NCBI GenBank assembly: GCA_965207375.1
Contig: CBDBMG010000001.1
Coordinates: 256,001 to 320,000, forward strand
Length of the DNA stretch: 64,000 nucleotides
Origin: Nitrosopumilaceae archaeon
GTDB lineage: Archaea > Thermoproteota > Nitrososphaeria > Nitrososphaerales > Nitrosopumilaceae
Direction of reading: 5' to 3'
Shown here: positions 13,216-25,610 of the stretch, piece by piece
Layout of the letters: each line of letters opens with the position of its first letter
Position numbering within the stretch: the stretch's first letter is position 1
Translations under genes and position numbers: made by a program
The notes under the pieces: model-generated
Databases searched by the model: none
Told to the model about the DNA's origin: nothing
The model's input: the letters and a program-made list of their open reading frames with translations, nothing else

Positions 13216-14652
13216 ATCAAACTAATGAAGGGAATGAATTCTTTGTGGGATTTTTCAGAAATCGATTCGGTAGAACTGACGAACCTGAGATGATACCTCC
13301 AGTTCTTTGGATCACAACTAAAGAGTCTATGCCAGTCAACTTTGAAGTGTTCACTTTTTTTGGACTTCTTACTAGTGGTGTAGCAACTCCTGGAGAAATA
13401 ACATATGTTGACATACCTCTTGGATTTGTTGTATTTGATTCATCTGTAGATAGTGCAACTGATTCACGGTTTAAAGGAATTTATATCAAAGCAGAAGATG
13501 ACAGAAGGATTATTGTGTTTGGTCAACATGAAGAAGTAGCATCCAATGATGCTTATCTAGCATTACCAATTATTTCACTGCCAGCAGGAAGGTCTTATGA
13601 GTACATTGCAGCATCTATATTTGGAGATGCAGGTACTGTTGCACAAGCTAAAGATAGTGTGGCTCTAATTATTGGAACTGAGAATGATACTGAGATAATC
13701 CTTGAACCATCTGTTATCATCAGGCATCACTTTGCTCCAGCACAAACTGGTGGACTGTTTATTCCTGGAGTTCCTGTTCAGTTTCGTACTGTAACTATTC
13801 AGAGGTTTCAGACATTTTATCTTCAGGTTCGTGGTGGAGATATATCTGGTACTCGTATAATAGCAAATAAGCCAATATCTGTTTTCTCTGGACATGAATG
13901 TGCTAATGTTCCATTAGCCAGTGAACCTTGTGACATACTGATTGAACAACTTCAACCAATAGATACATGGGGAACTGAAGCAGTTACAGTTCCACTGAGA
14001 ACAAGGAATGGTGATGTACTAAAAGTATTTGCTTCACAAGACTCTACTACAGTTAGTGTTACATATACAAACATCAGTAGTGGCATGATTACCAGTAATA
14101 GCTTTAGGTTCACACTTAATCGCAATAGATTTAGAGAGTTGGGGGGTACTTCAACAGAGCCCACAGGGGCTATTGCTGACTTTGCCTTGATACAGTCTAA
14201 TAATCCAATTGCAGTATTTCAATTTAGCAGAAGCTTTGCAACTGATAATAATATAATATCTGATCCATTTATGTTGTCAGTGCCATCTTGTGAACAATAT
14301 CGTAACAGTTATGCAGTAGCTCCAGCTCCATTTAATGAAACAATTGAAGGTACTGTTTCAGGACGAGGTCCATATGTTAACTATACTAACATAGCAGTAC
14401 CAGCTGAGTATTTTAATGCTAGTTTAATAACAATTAATGATAATCCAATTAATGCTTCAGAGTTTAGGCCAATCAGGAGAGCAGATAACAGCATATGGGG
14501 CTATGGGGCACAGCTAGAACTTGATGGAGTTGCAATGATAAGTCATTCAGACTCAAATGCAGCTCTATCAGTAACATTGTATGGATTCAGTAACCAGATG
14601 TCATGGGGTTGTACTGGAGGAACAGGTCTTGCTCCTGTTGCTTATGCTGTTT
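13216..14652 (+). CDS. Gene copy 1, exon 2: IgGFc-binding protein N-terminal-like (FCGBP-N) domain, 479 codons
   Basis: Open frame 13200-14702; acceptor tctgtag|AT and donor T|GTAAGT. Motifs typical of the IgGFc_binding domain: GNEFFVGF, SNDAYLALP, DISGTRIIANKPISVFSGHECANVP, CDILIEQLQPIDTWG, PIAVFQF, DPFMLSVP. Confidence 0.9.
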
Positions 14653-15170
14653 GTAAGTTATATTATGAGCATTTGTTATTGTGTGTATGGTATATCACAT
14701 GATCTCAGAATCTTTTTGTTCTAAAGGACACAATGTTTTTTGTACATCAAGACTCACAATAGTGAGTCATGAGTCCAAGAAGCAGCAGTAGCTACGTATG
14801 CGACGACTGAGAGTTAGTACGTTCTTACTATGTATACCGCATAGTACAAAACTTTGGCGGGGAAAAAACTTTGGCGAATTTGGCGAATCACCACAATTCA
14901 CCAAGTTTTTTTGCCAATATTCCCAATGAAGCACATGGTCATGCAGTTTGTGTCGTGAACATACGACACGTGAAGCAAGGCACCTAAATATTGTATGAAA
15001 TGATGCGTTAGCTTATGAATGATGACTTATGGCGATTATTAATGCAAGACTGGATGACTGAATCCCTTCAAACAATCACTAAACACATGTGCGGAAGTTA
15101 GTGAAACAATAATAGACTTTTACATGCTTACGTGTGGCGTTTACTGTAGTTGCCCATGCTTTAGCTTGTT

Positions 15171-15815
15171 AAACCAGGCGTGTGCCTGGTTTCTTAAAAT
15201 TGATATTGTGCGGACGTCGGTATGCGTGTGTGTGTGTGTGTCTGTCTGTGTGTCCGCCCCCCAGGCTAATAAAAACTATTCACATGAAATGAAGTCTAAA
15301 TAGCCATTCAAACAAGTCCTACTGCCTTTCAGTTTCTCTGTATGGCACTCGCTATCGATACTGTTGATGGGCGGGGCCTTAGTTACAAAGCGCTCATGTG
15401 TTACTTACAAAGAAGAGCAAGGTAGTGCTGTATTTCCCATTCATTACACGGTAAAAGCCGTTTAACCAGTTGTACATTATTAACAAGACGGAGCTCTTCA
15501 GTTTTAAAATTGGGCATGCCGTGTGGGTTGCAAAGCTTATAACAGAAGACTGGCCTATAGTGCTACAGTAAGAATTTCGGCATAAAACAACTTTATGCTA
15601 CTTTCATCACTAAAGTATTGGAGTACAAAGAGGGTTTAAACAGAAGAATTAAATTCGCATGTGTTGCTATGTGTTCCTTAGTGATGAGTCTCTGCTCACG
15701 TGACTTACTGGTGACGTCATTAAGAACTATTATAATACATTGTATAACAGTAGATTAACAGTGGTTTAACTTGCACATAGTGCCTGGTTTCTAGATGGTA
15801 ATACGTCAACTTGTA
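15171..15815 (+). mobile_element. Dispersed repeat with Helentron/DINE-1-like (HINE) layout; inverted copy at ~34730-35285
   Basis: 5' hairpin aaaccagg..cctggttt, a (GT/GTCT)n microsatellite, and a 3' end gcctggtttctagatggtaa..caacttgt. Related pieces at 5565-5610, 20262-20340 and 28913-28950. Confidence 0.55.
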
Positions 15816-15843
15816 TATTTAATATGATTGTAGCCCTTGGCTA

Positions 15844-16636
15844 CAGTGGTGTATCTAGACCACTTTGATTGGTAGGGCACAGCTGGACTGGGAAGTTGTA
15901 GAGATTAACTGGCTAGCTACATGTTGTGCAAAGCACAATCACCATGCAAAGCATGCTAATGCTAGGGTGTCTGGGGGCATGCCTAAAAATTAGATGCTCT
16001 GAGATTGATTCTGGTGATGATTTTGTATATGCTACATGTCACTCGATAATTTTATAATAAAGATTTTATAATGCTAGCTACGTACATGTAATTTTATAAC
16101 GCTGCTCTACCATAACTGATTCGACTTACTAGAGTGACAGTAGAATTAGAATGCTGGTTGGGGAATTTATATGCCAAATATACTGCTACCATTAGTGTGG
16201 TGACCCATGGTCATGGTCTGTATAACAAAGAGTCATCATCAGTACTAGCATATATTGTCATCAGACTTTAGAATACACCGAGGATAGACTCCTCACTACA
16301 ATCACGTTTGTCACTAGTATGGAGACTATAGACTCACTACACTCACCAGAAAGCTCCATTTTGGGCCTGAAACTTCTTTGCTTTCTACAAACCTTTTCTT
16401 TTGTATATCATCACAGGATGTCACGTGCCTTCATGTACTGCAATTGCCCCGGATAAATGCCCTATGCAGAAGAGGAACTCGTGACTACATAGTGCGGCCT
16501 CCACTTCCAGGTTATGCCGACTTATGCGTACGTGTATAGCAGCTACAAGAAAGGTAGGCTACGTGTTTATTTAATATATAAACTGAAAGTTAGTGGGGCA
16601 CATGCCCCACTAGGCCCCACTGTAGATACACCACTG
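15844..16636. mobile_element. hAT-type MITE
   Basis: 14-bp TIR CAGTGGTGTATCTA / TAGATACACCACTG; 8-bp TSD CTTGGCTA. Confidence 0.88.
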
Positions 16637-19397
16637 CTTGGCTATAGGAAACACAGCTGGGTATTCTCATTTCACATTCAATAAAGGTCTCGTCCTTGAT
16701 CAGCAGTTATCTTGAGCGCTTGATGGAGCGCATGCTCACGATATATAGAATTTCATAGTTTACGGATTTCAGAGCTGTCGTGTGTGCACTATAATGAAAA
16801 TGCAGGCAGGCCTTGGATTCGCCAAAGTTTTTCTGTCAATGTTTCAAAATCACAATTTTGCCAAAAATTTTTACCGCCAAAGCTTTGTACTATATGGTAT
16901 GTCACCAGGTCTGGGAAAATCAGCCATGTACGTCCATTGTATTATTTCGAGAAACACCATTTTAAAGCATTCAGTTAATTAAACAGACTGCTGCCTGTAA
17001 CTGACTGTCTTTCATTACCAGCAATAAACATGCGTAGTAGCTAATCTATTAAATTTCATATACGTAGCTAACCTTACAAGGGGCTGATGGCTGGATTTAA
17101 GAGCTTTTGAGAGATGATTTTTTCAGATGGGCACTAATTTTAGGCCAGCGTAGTGAGGGGGTGGGTGGGTGGAATGGACGGGAGGGGTGGGAGGTGGCTC
17201 AGGAGACAGTAACCACAAGGCACCTATACCACACAACAAGATCAAGGAGGCGTCTAGCCAGCAATGGGAGCAGTTCCAAGTCCCAGCCATCCAATTGATG
17301 CCTTCTATAGGTGTTATTATCACATTCGTGGTTTTGCAGGGTCAGCAAAATGCCTTCCAGAAAAGCAGACTACCTCACATTGGACAGTAGAGACACTGTG
17401 CATTGATAGTTCTTGCGTGCACCTATAATTTTGTGCAATAAAATTGATTTCAGTTTTTGTGCAAAAGTGTAGTTTTTACAGACTTTATGTATAGCACTTG
17501 CAGCAGTGCTTTAACTAGCTAATACTTATTAATGGTGAATTTTACTCTTTGTACACATATGTAATTATGATATCTAACACTCAAAATCTGTAACACCTCA
17601 TTATCCTTGTTGATTTTACTGTGTCAATTAACCGATTATCATCAATTATTTATGACCAATTTGTAGGTGCACAGCACTAATTAAAGGGAGTCCAATTTAA
17701 TGACCCTGCATTGAAAATTGTATGAAAGATAGAGCACACATAGGAGAAATGCTGTTGCAAGTTTGGCTGAAATCAATGAAAAAATGAGTGAGTTATTGGA
17801 CGAACAAGAGTGATAGGCGCAATAAATATTTGTAATTAAAAATTCCAGTTTCATCCAAGCCCACGTAAGGTATACAATTAAGATAAAAGTAGAAAGAAGA
17901 AAAAGCCTCCCTCCTCAATTTACCAATTAACAAACACAAAACCCTACAGATCATTGGTGTATAGCTGCCATGTGCGGCTACCAATTCATGATTATTAACA
18001 CTCCAAAGACAGTATGCAACCAATACATACAACAATAACTAGCTGTGAACTGAGAGGGGTGGGCCTGCATGGTGCACTTAATTCTAGACCCACTGTGCCC
18101 AAGTGAGCCTAAGGAAAAAACCAGACAGGCTTACTACTTGTTCTTGTTTTCTTTTTTCTTTTTTTGGCCTGCCTGGAAAAAACCTACGGTACCGCTCAGA
18201 TGCAATGTTATACACGCATGTACCTGACACGCGAGTTCGATAGCCACTACACACGAGTGAATTCTAAGTGCTCGCGTATGGTGCTCTAAGGACACGCATG
18301 TAGTTAAAGACACGCGTGTGTACACACGTGTACAACACCATCATGTGTATTTTCATTCCTTGCGTGTACTTTAGGTGTATCTTATAAGTTCTACAAGGTT
18401 TCCCAAGTAGCACTTTGTGACATTACTTCTCTAGTTTGTTTGGTAAGGCTATAGTTTATCGCCGCCTCGTGGCATTTATATAGACGCATGTAATACACAG
18501 CACAAGCCTAAAACAGATTTACCAATGAGCTAAACAATCCATGTAGACACCAACACCACGGTAAATAACAGCTTCAACAATCTGGTAACCAGAACGTGGT
18601 GTCAAATATGTCTCATGTGATAAATTGAATTTATAATTAATCTCGTTAGTGCAGGCGCTTATAACGCCATCGATCATTCGCAACTGCACAATGGATAATT
18701 AACACCATCACAGTCAGTTAGGTAGAGGTGATTGAAGTGAGCGAGGCCTGAAATGTTAGATGCATAAATATGGTAAGTTGCCCGCCATGGGTGACACGCA
18801 TGTACCATGTCTGATACACGCATGTACTATGCCTGATACACACATGCACTTGGCCACTCGTGGCAGGAGCATATGTTCACACATGCATGTAAGCATACCA
18901 GCACACACACGCATTTGTAACGTTGCATCTGAGCAGTACCGTACATACATCCCCCTCAAATTAAAGAACTGTCTGCAGCAAACTCCTCATGAACTGCGTA
19001 TCTGTCAAGGAAAATAAACTGCCATTCCTCCATTGCTGGGTGGGTAGCCTGCACTAACACATGAACATGCAGCGTAGAAGTGAGCATGCAGTCACACTTC
19101 CGTAATATATATACTACTTACCAACCTCACGTGCAGGTACGTGAGATATCATTCCCGGAAGTAGGATATTTTCTGCCTAATTCACTATGTTCAACCGGCA
19201 GAAAATACACAACCCTTGTAAATTTTTATCGATGGAAGGAAGGTCTCCATAAGGCAAAACTACCTGAGCTGATATCATTGAACTCAGGTTACTGATCAAA
19301 GATACTGATATCTTGAGTAATGAGCAGATACATTCATTGAATGTAGTCAAACAAACGAGTATTATATATAGAACCTACAATGGCCGATACTCAGGAA

Positions 19398-19800
19398 TAG
19401 AGCTGGGCGATAGTACGTTAGTTTGATATTATTATCATCAAAGCTGTCAACTATTGTGATAGTGATAATGCAACTTACTATCATGAAGTACTAACTGGAG
19501 GTGGCCAGGTAGCCCTATCTTGGCTCATACAGTGAGGCTATAGTAGCCACTGACTTACTTATATTGAAGGTGTAAACATGTACTTGTAACCAAACGGGCT
19601 GATGAAGGTTTAACCTGTGAGATGATACCATGCAATCTTACTTTTAGATAATTTTTTGATTGTGTAGCTAGCTAGCTAGCTATTATATATTTACACATAC
19701 AGTGCAGTTGTTAATAATGATATTCAGTACTATCTATCACTATCGTGACATGTTTCCCTCTATTATGATAGAGTTGAAATTTCACTATCACCCAGCCCTA
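19398..19800. mobile_element. hAT-type MITE
   Basis: Imperfect TIR TAGAGCTGGGCGATAGT / ACTATCACCCAGCCCTA; 8-bp TSD CTCAGGAA. Confidence 0.85.
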
Positions 19801-22523
19801 CTCAGGAATGGTGGTGCCAATTTCCTTCATTGTCAGTGTATGCTAGAAAGTGCTAGGTCTATAATATGTAACAATACGATAGCTTTTACAGCAGCTTAGC
19901 TACAGTATTTGCAAGTTTCAGAGCGGTGCTACATGTATATAACTCACTCAATGGTCACGTATTGATGCTTCTTCCTTGTTTTGTAACTCACTATCATAAG
20001 TCTTGATCTATATCATTTAGTGCAAACTATAAGTAAGCTCACCAACATTTTCAACATGCAAATATAATGTTTACAAACCATATCACAATGAAATTTAGGG
20101 AAGATTGATCTCCTGTAATGAAATAGCTATATGTTGTAAAAGAACTTTGCTTATTCCATTGTTTCACTATTCCATATTCCATGTTTTCTAATATTTATCC
20201 CGTATATGGCTTATGTATCCCTGTGGGCTGGAGTATTAACCCCAGTTAAACATAAAGTTAAAATGTGTATGTGTTGCTATGTGTTCCTTTGTGATGAGTC
20301 TTTGTTCACGTGACTTCCTCATGATGCCATTGTATATTCATATAGTAATAGTTAACATGTTACAGACAAATATGCACTAATTAGCCGAATTAAAGCAGGC
20401 AATGTAAAGGCTTGCATGATACTCTACATTTCTGTGTGTAACCACAATGGTATTTTTTATGGGGTCACATCAGATCATCAATGGTCAAAAAGACGCTAAC
20501 ATGATCACTTGTCATCATCTGTGACCCCCGCCAACAGTTACAGTGATTAATGTTAATCGATCACTCTTACCTTTAACGTAAAGTGCTTTGCTGCAGTTTA
20601 TAAGTGATGACTCTGTTTCTTCGCCTCCCACAAGCTGGTGATTGTGGTGGTGGTTTGGTAAATGTACCAGGCCTCGGCTGCCCCAAGGGGAAAAAAATTT
20701 TTGGTTCCTACTTCAAGGCCAAATGAAAGAAATTCAGGTTGTATTGGCAAACAGATACTTGGGTGAGGAAGAATTTGGTGCCCGGGGCCAGTTCTATCCC
20801 CCAAATTCGTTTTCCTTAAGCCCTACGGGGATACCTAAGTATGTGAGGCAGCCATCCTAGTTGAGACCTTGTACTATCACATTCCCCCTATCAGGAATGG
20901 AGATGCTGCATAAATGCAGCCAGAGCTATTACACTCTGCTTCAGAGGGCATACCGGCACTTGCCAACAAGTGACAGCATACCGATATACCCCCTGAAGGT
21001 AAGGAGCTGACACTTGCCCGTAACAAGCAGCATGTCAACACTCCAATGTATGGAGCCAGCACTTGCTAGAAATAGCAGCATGCTGATGGTACTCCATTAC
21101 AGCACTTGCCAATGTGGTGACAGCATGCTGAAGGTAAGGAACTGACACTTGCCATATAATAAGCAGCATGTCAATGTTCCGATGTGTGGAGTCAGCACTT
21201 GCTATAAATAGCAGCATGCTGGTAACACTCCATTACAGCACTTGCCCATCGTGGTGGCAGCATATCGATGAACAGCATGTCATGATCCAGTACTGCTACA
21301 CTGTGCAGCTCTTTCACGGTTATTCCATGACGCAGTAAACATAGTCTGCACACACCTGTCTGGAGATATCAACAGAACATACACAATCATGAACATGCAT
21401 AATCATACCCTTTAACAGCTACCTAGCTACTTGAATACCATACATACATATACACCTGCATGCCAAAGAGCCGCATGTCATAATCACAGCTACTTGAATA
21501 CCATACATACATATACACCTGCATGCCAGAGAGCCGCATGTCATAATCACTGCGTCATCCCGGTTATTCCATAATGCAATTATGGTAGTCTGCACACACC
21601 TGTCTGGAAACATCAACAGAACATACAATCATGTATACACACAGTCACAAGCACAGCTACTTGGGTTTCATGCACACATATACAAGGAGTACATGTGCGC
21701 ATATATGATGCCCGGTGGCAAGTCTATGTGATACCCATAGATCCATGGGCATTGGGTGAAGGGGGAGGTGGGGAAAGTCTAGAGGGTTGTCTATAATGGC
21801 GGTTCTAGAAGATTCCGTAATTGCCCGCACGTGCTAATGCGCATGCGTTGCTATTCTTGTTAATGCCCTCCAGTTCCTTATATTTTGCTGCACTATGGAC
21901 ATCACCTGGAGCCACATGCCTGCAGTTCACTCTAACATTAACTTGGTTTAAAGGTATTTAAACTTTATTTAATGTTAATCGATCACTCTTACCTTTAACG
22001 TAAAGTGCTTTGCTGCAGTTTATAAGTGATGACTCTGTTTCTTCGCCTCCCACAAGCTGGTGATTGTGGTGGTGGTTTGGTAAATGTACCAGGCCTCGGC
22101 TGCCCCAAGGGGAAAAAATTTTTTGGTTCCTACTTCAAGGCCAAATGAAAGAAATTCAGGTTGTATTGGCAAACAGATACTTGGGTGAGGAAGAATTTGG
22201 TGCCCGGGGCCAGTTCTATCCCCCAAATTCGTTTTCCTTAAGCCACAGAAAGGGGACCGCTGAAAAGGGGCGGTAGCCTTTCACCCAAGGATACTGTTGT
22301 GTAACTACATAGGAGCCTAATTATGAAATCTTGCATATGTGCTTGAGCAACAATCAGTGTACCCTAGCTAGGTGCATATGTGTGCAGTTAGATATGCATG
22401 TGCACAGCTGGACAATGTGTTTGGTGCCGACTATGGACCTGGTATGTGATATATTGCAAAATGGTATATACGCACATACATACATGATTCCACAGTTTAA
22501 TGTGAATAGTCCCTAGGTTGTTG

Positions 22524-23527
22524 TCACTGAATGGCAGTCACCAGCTTCTTGGACAACTTTGCCAGCTCTGTTGGAGGAGTCTTAACGTATTGCTGGTATG
22601 CATTGCTGCGCCAGCGACCCATCATCTGTATGTGAGTTTCTGGTATCTTTGCTTGCATGGCTGTGGTTGCTGCCCCGATGCGAAAGCTGTGGGAGTTGTA
22701 ATGTTTTTATTTAGATTGAGCTTTGCTAGTAAGGAGTCGAGCTCTGTAGTAAACATGTGTCGAGTAAGGCCCTTTCCGGATTGTGTTATGAAAAGTGGTC
22801 CGGTGTGGCCCCCTCGGATGGCTAGGTATGAAAGGACTGCTTTTATTGGGCAAATGGTGCAGTCTGTTGCACCCACGTAGAGTGTTACACCCTGTCTGAA
22901 TGGGTCCGTCTTAGACTGCTTCAAGACCACCTGTAGTAGCCGAGGGGGTGTCCCTGCTATCGATTGCGATGTCTTGGAGAGATAAGTGGCAGGATGAGTC
23001 GTACAACCCCTCTTGCGGTATAGTGAATTCACTGACACGCAGGAATCCAAAAAAGGCTAAGCTGCATGCAGCCCAAAGCATGGTGTTAGCATGTGAACGA
23101 GGCTTTTGTGAGAGAAGTCTTCGTATACTGTGCAGGATCTGGATTGTGATGGGTAGGCAAATTCTGGGTGAGTGGGTCGATGCTTGGTGTTTCTTGATAC
23201 CCCTCAAAATGAGCTGAATTCGTGGAGTGAGCTGCTGGTTGAACTGGTTATGCAAGCCCTTGGAAACGTGCATATGTCGTATAGCTGATAGATAGACTTT
23301 GATGGTACCCTGAGAAATGTTAGCTGTAGCAAGGTGTGCTACAAATAATGTCGATGTGTACTCTGTTGCTGGGGTTGCAGGGACCCTTGCTAATTTGCAG
23401 AAATTGATGTATCTTGCCTGTCCTGCTGCATAAGTGTTTCTGCTGGATGTTGCCAACCCATCACGGAAGAGCTCTTGAGCCTTATCGAGAAGCACTTCGT
23501 GTTGTACTGTGGGTGCTCTGCGTTGAT
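22524..23527 (-). pseudogene. Tyrosine recombinase (phage-integrase family) with two compensating frameshifts
   Basis: AFFGFLRVSEFT, LKQSKTDPFRQG, HSFRIGAAT, MGRWRSNAYQQY. Frameshifts in homopolymer runs near 22945 and 22705; the first and last segments share a frame. Confidence 0.9.
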
Positions 23528-23661
23528 CTATATAGGAGATCATGCAAATGGTACAACGAGCCATATAATGTGCATAAATGTGCAAATAATACGTAGATGT
23601 ACAATACAGAATATATGAATGTGCATAGAGCTATGTAAAAAACAAGTTTATTTTGTAACAG

Positions 23662-24206
23662 TTAGTCAGGGAATGCCAAATTCCATATGGTAACGTCAAT
23701 GGCTGACCATTCTTTGACTGGGGAGGCAGACGCTTTGAGACGAAATCGGCGGTCATATATAACCCAGCATCCTTCCTGGCAGTCCTGTGAAGCACGTATT
23801 ATCAGGCTTTGATAACCGATCATATCTGCAATGCGGGTTGGTTGAGTACGGGAGATAATAGCGATGTAAAGTCCAAAGCATTGTATCCAGTCTATGATGT
23901 TGGAGACTTCGGGAGGCTTGTTCTTGATGCGAGGAGCTAGATCTCCGGCATTGAAATCGGCAGAGTTTAGACGTTCGGGCAGGAGTTCAAACATCTCCAC
24001 AAATAACCCATCTTCCACTCGTTTCACCAGTCTGGGTGGTACAGGTGGTAAGCTATTACATATCAAAATTGGAGGCTGATGCCTATCCATGGGTACACTA
24101 CTGCTGGGGTTAGGGGTGACTGTACCAGGCACGTCACTTGAGTTGGCAGGGTCCCCTATTTCCCGAACATGAGTGAGCTGATTACAGACAGGAAGATCGT
24201 CAAAAG
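23662..24206 (-). CDS. YR element gag-like exon
   Basis: Long pyrimidine tract plus ttag|CT acceptor at 24207, in frame with LPPVPPRLVKRVEDGLFVEMFELLPE...WIQCFGLY...GYQSLI...WVIYDRRFR...WNLAF (DIRS/Ngaro gag-like). Stop followed by AATAAA. Confidence 0.75.
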
Positions 24207-24452
24207 CTAAAGATGAGAGAAGGGGGGGGGGGGGTATGAAACTTGGGTGGTAGTGGCCATGCTGCTATTATGTTAGTATGTGCGTGCGTTAACAGTGACT
24301 ATTTGCATGTGTACAACTGATCATACATGTATATATATAAGCATAACATAAGCAATACATACATGTGTTTGGCGATTATGGTAGTTAACAGTTGAGGCAT
24401 TTACGGGTGTGTCCAAATCGCTATACTGCCCATGTCAGGCAACACAACATAC

Positions 24453-24873
24453 CAAATTCATCCTCTTCGCTGGTATCTTGACTAGACGGGGCGCTATCCT
24501 CACGGCGACTGATTGGGAGGCGTGACGTCCGTCCCTGGTCGGGGGGTGTTGCGGGCAAGGCGTTAACAACTGCTTGAACAATGCCCGGGATATCATCGGT
24601 AGTAAGGGGATGAATCCTTGGTCGCTTCTCCTGCGTCGGTGGCGTGACGTTATGGTTGTTGGTCTTTCTCTTGCGGGTAGAGGGAGACGTCGCACTTGGC
24701 CGTGAACTTTCGTGCGGTGTCGGTGGCCTTCTCTCCTGTTGCTGCCGTGTACGCGTACTCGTAACGGATGGCGTAGCTGTCTTCTTATTCGGCTGTGACT
24801 TCTTCGCTTTTGTACTCGTAACGGATGGCGTAGCTGTCTTCTTATTCGGCTGTGACTTCTTCGCTTTTGGCAT
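24453..24873 (-). CDS. YR element exon 1: basic, low-complexity leader (MPKAKKSQPNKK...SEEDEF)
   Basis: ATG 4 bp downstream of repeat A1; internal 57-bp (19-aa) tandem duplication; phase-1 donor G|GTATGT at 24452. Confidence 0.7.
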
Positions 24874-25291
24874 TCTGAAAGTCTAGAGGGTTGTCTATAA
24901 TGGCGGTTCTAGAAGATTCCGTAATTGCCCGCACGTGCTAATGCGCATGCGTTGCTATTCTTGTTAATGCCCTCCAGTTCCTTATATTTTGCTGCACTAT
25001 GGACATCACCTGGAGCCACATGCCTGCAGTTCACTCTAACATTAACTTGGTTTAAAGGTATTTAAACTTTATTAAATACACATAGTTACAGATTACATAG
25101 CTATACGCTTACCTAACTTACCTCCACTGTATTACTGCTTAGATGACACATAATACACATTACATGCTTTGCTTATGCTGTTTAGACTACTTTGGGTTAG
25201 CAGAGGGCAACTGAGGATATCACTGGGCACAATCTGGCATACCATAGCCAATCATGCAGCAATTGTACATGCAGCAGCAGCAACCGATAAT

Positions 25292-25610
25292 AAAACACAC
25301 ATGCAGCAATCACGCATGCAGCAATAGTAGCGATCACGCATGCAGCAACAATAGCAATCACGCATGCAGCAACAATAGCAATCACGCATGCAGCAACAAC
25401 AGCAATCACGCATGCAGCAACAGCAATCATGCATGCAGCAACAACAGCAATCACGCATGCAGCAACAGCAATCACGCATGCAGCAACAACAGCAATCACG
25501 CATGCAGCAACAACAGCAATCACACATGCAGCAACAACAGCAATCATGCATGCAGCAACAGCAATCACGCATGCAGCAATAATAGCATTCACGCATGCAG
25601 CAACAATAGC
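25292..25610. repeat. Minisatellite, 21/24-bp units (CAGCAA[CAA]CAGCAATCACGCATG)
   Basis: About 14 tandem units; accounts for the poly-Q, poly-C and AAC-repeat ORFs here. Confidence 0.95.

Larger units (their letters stand above)
14835..16899. mobile_element. TIR non-autonomous element containing nested insertions
   Basis: taccgcatagtacaaaactttggcgg at the left end vs ccgccaaagctttgtactatatggta at the right end, with subterminal tttggcgaa/ttcgccaaa repeats. Confidence 0.65.
20547..25073 (-). mobile_element. Tyrosine-recombinase retroelement (Ngaro/PAT-like) with split direct repeats, lacking RT/RNase H
   Basis: Sense (-) order: A1 (25073-24877), ORFs, B1 (22244-21969), A2 (21969-21773), 950-bp spacer, B2 (20822-20547). 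The A copies (197 bp) are identical and the B copies (276 bp) differ at one position. No TSD seen. Confidence 0.9.

Noticed and set aside
20598-22276. Duplicated 68-72-aa ORFs at 20598-20860 and 22020-22276
   Set aside because: Fall within the B direct repeats of the YR element; no coding hallmarks.
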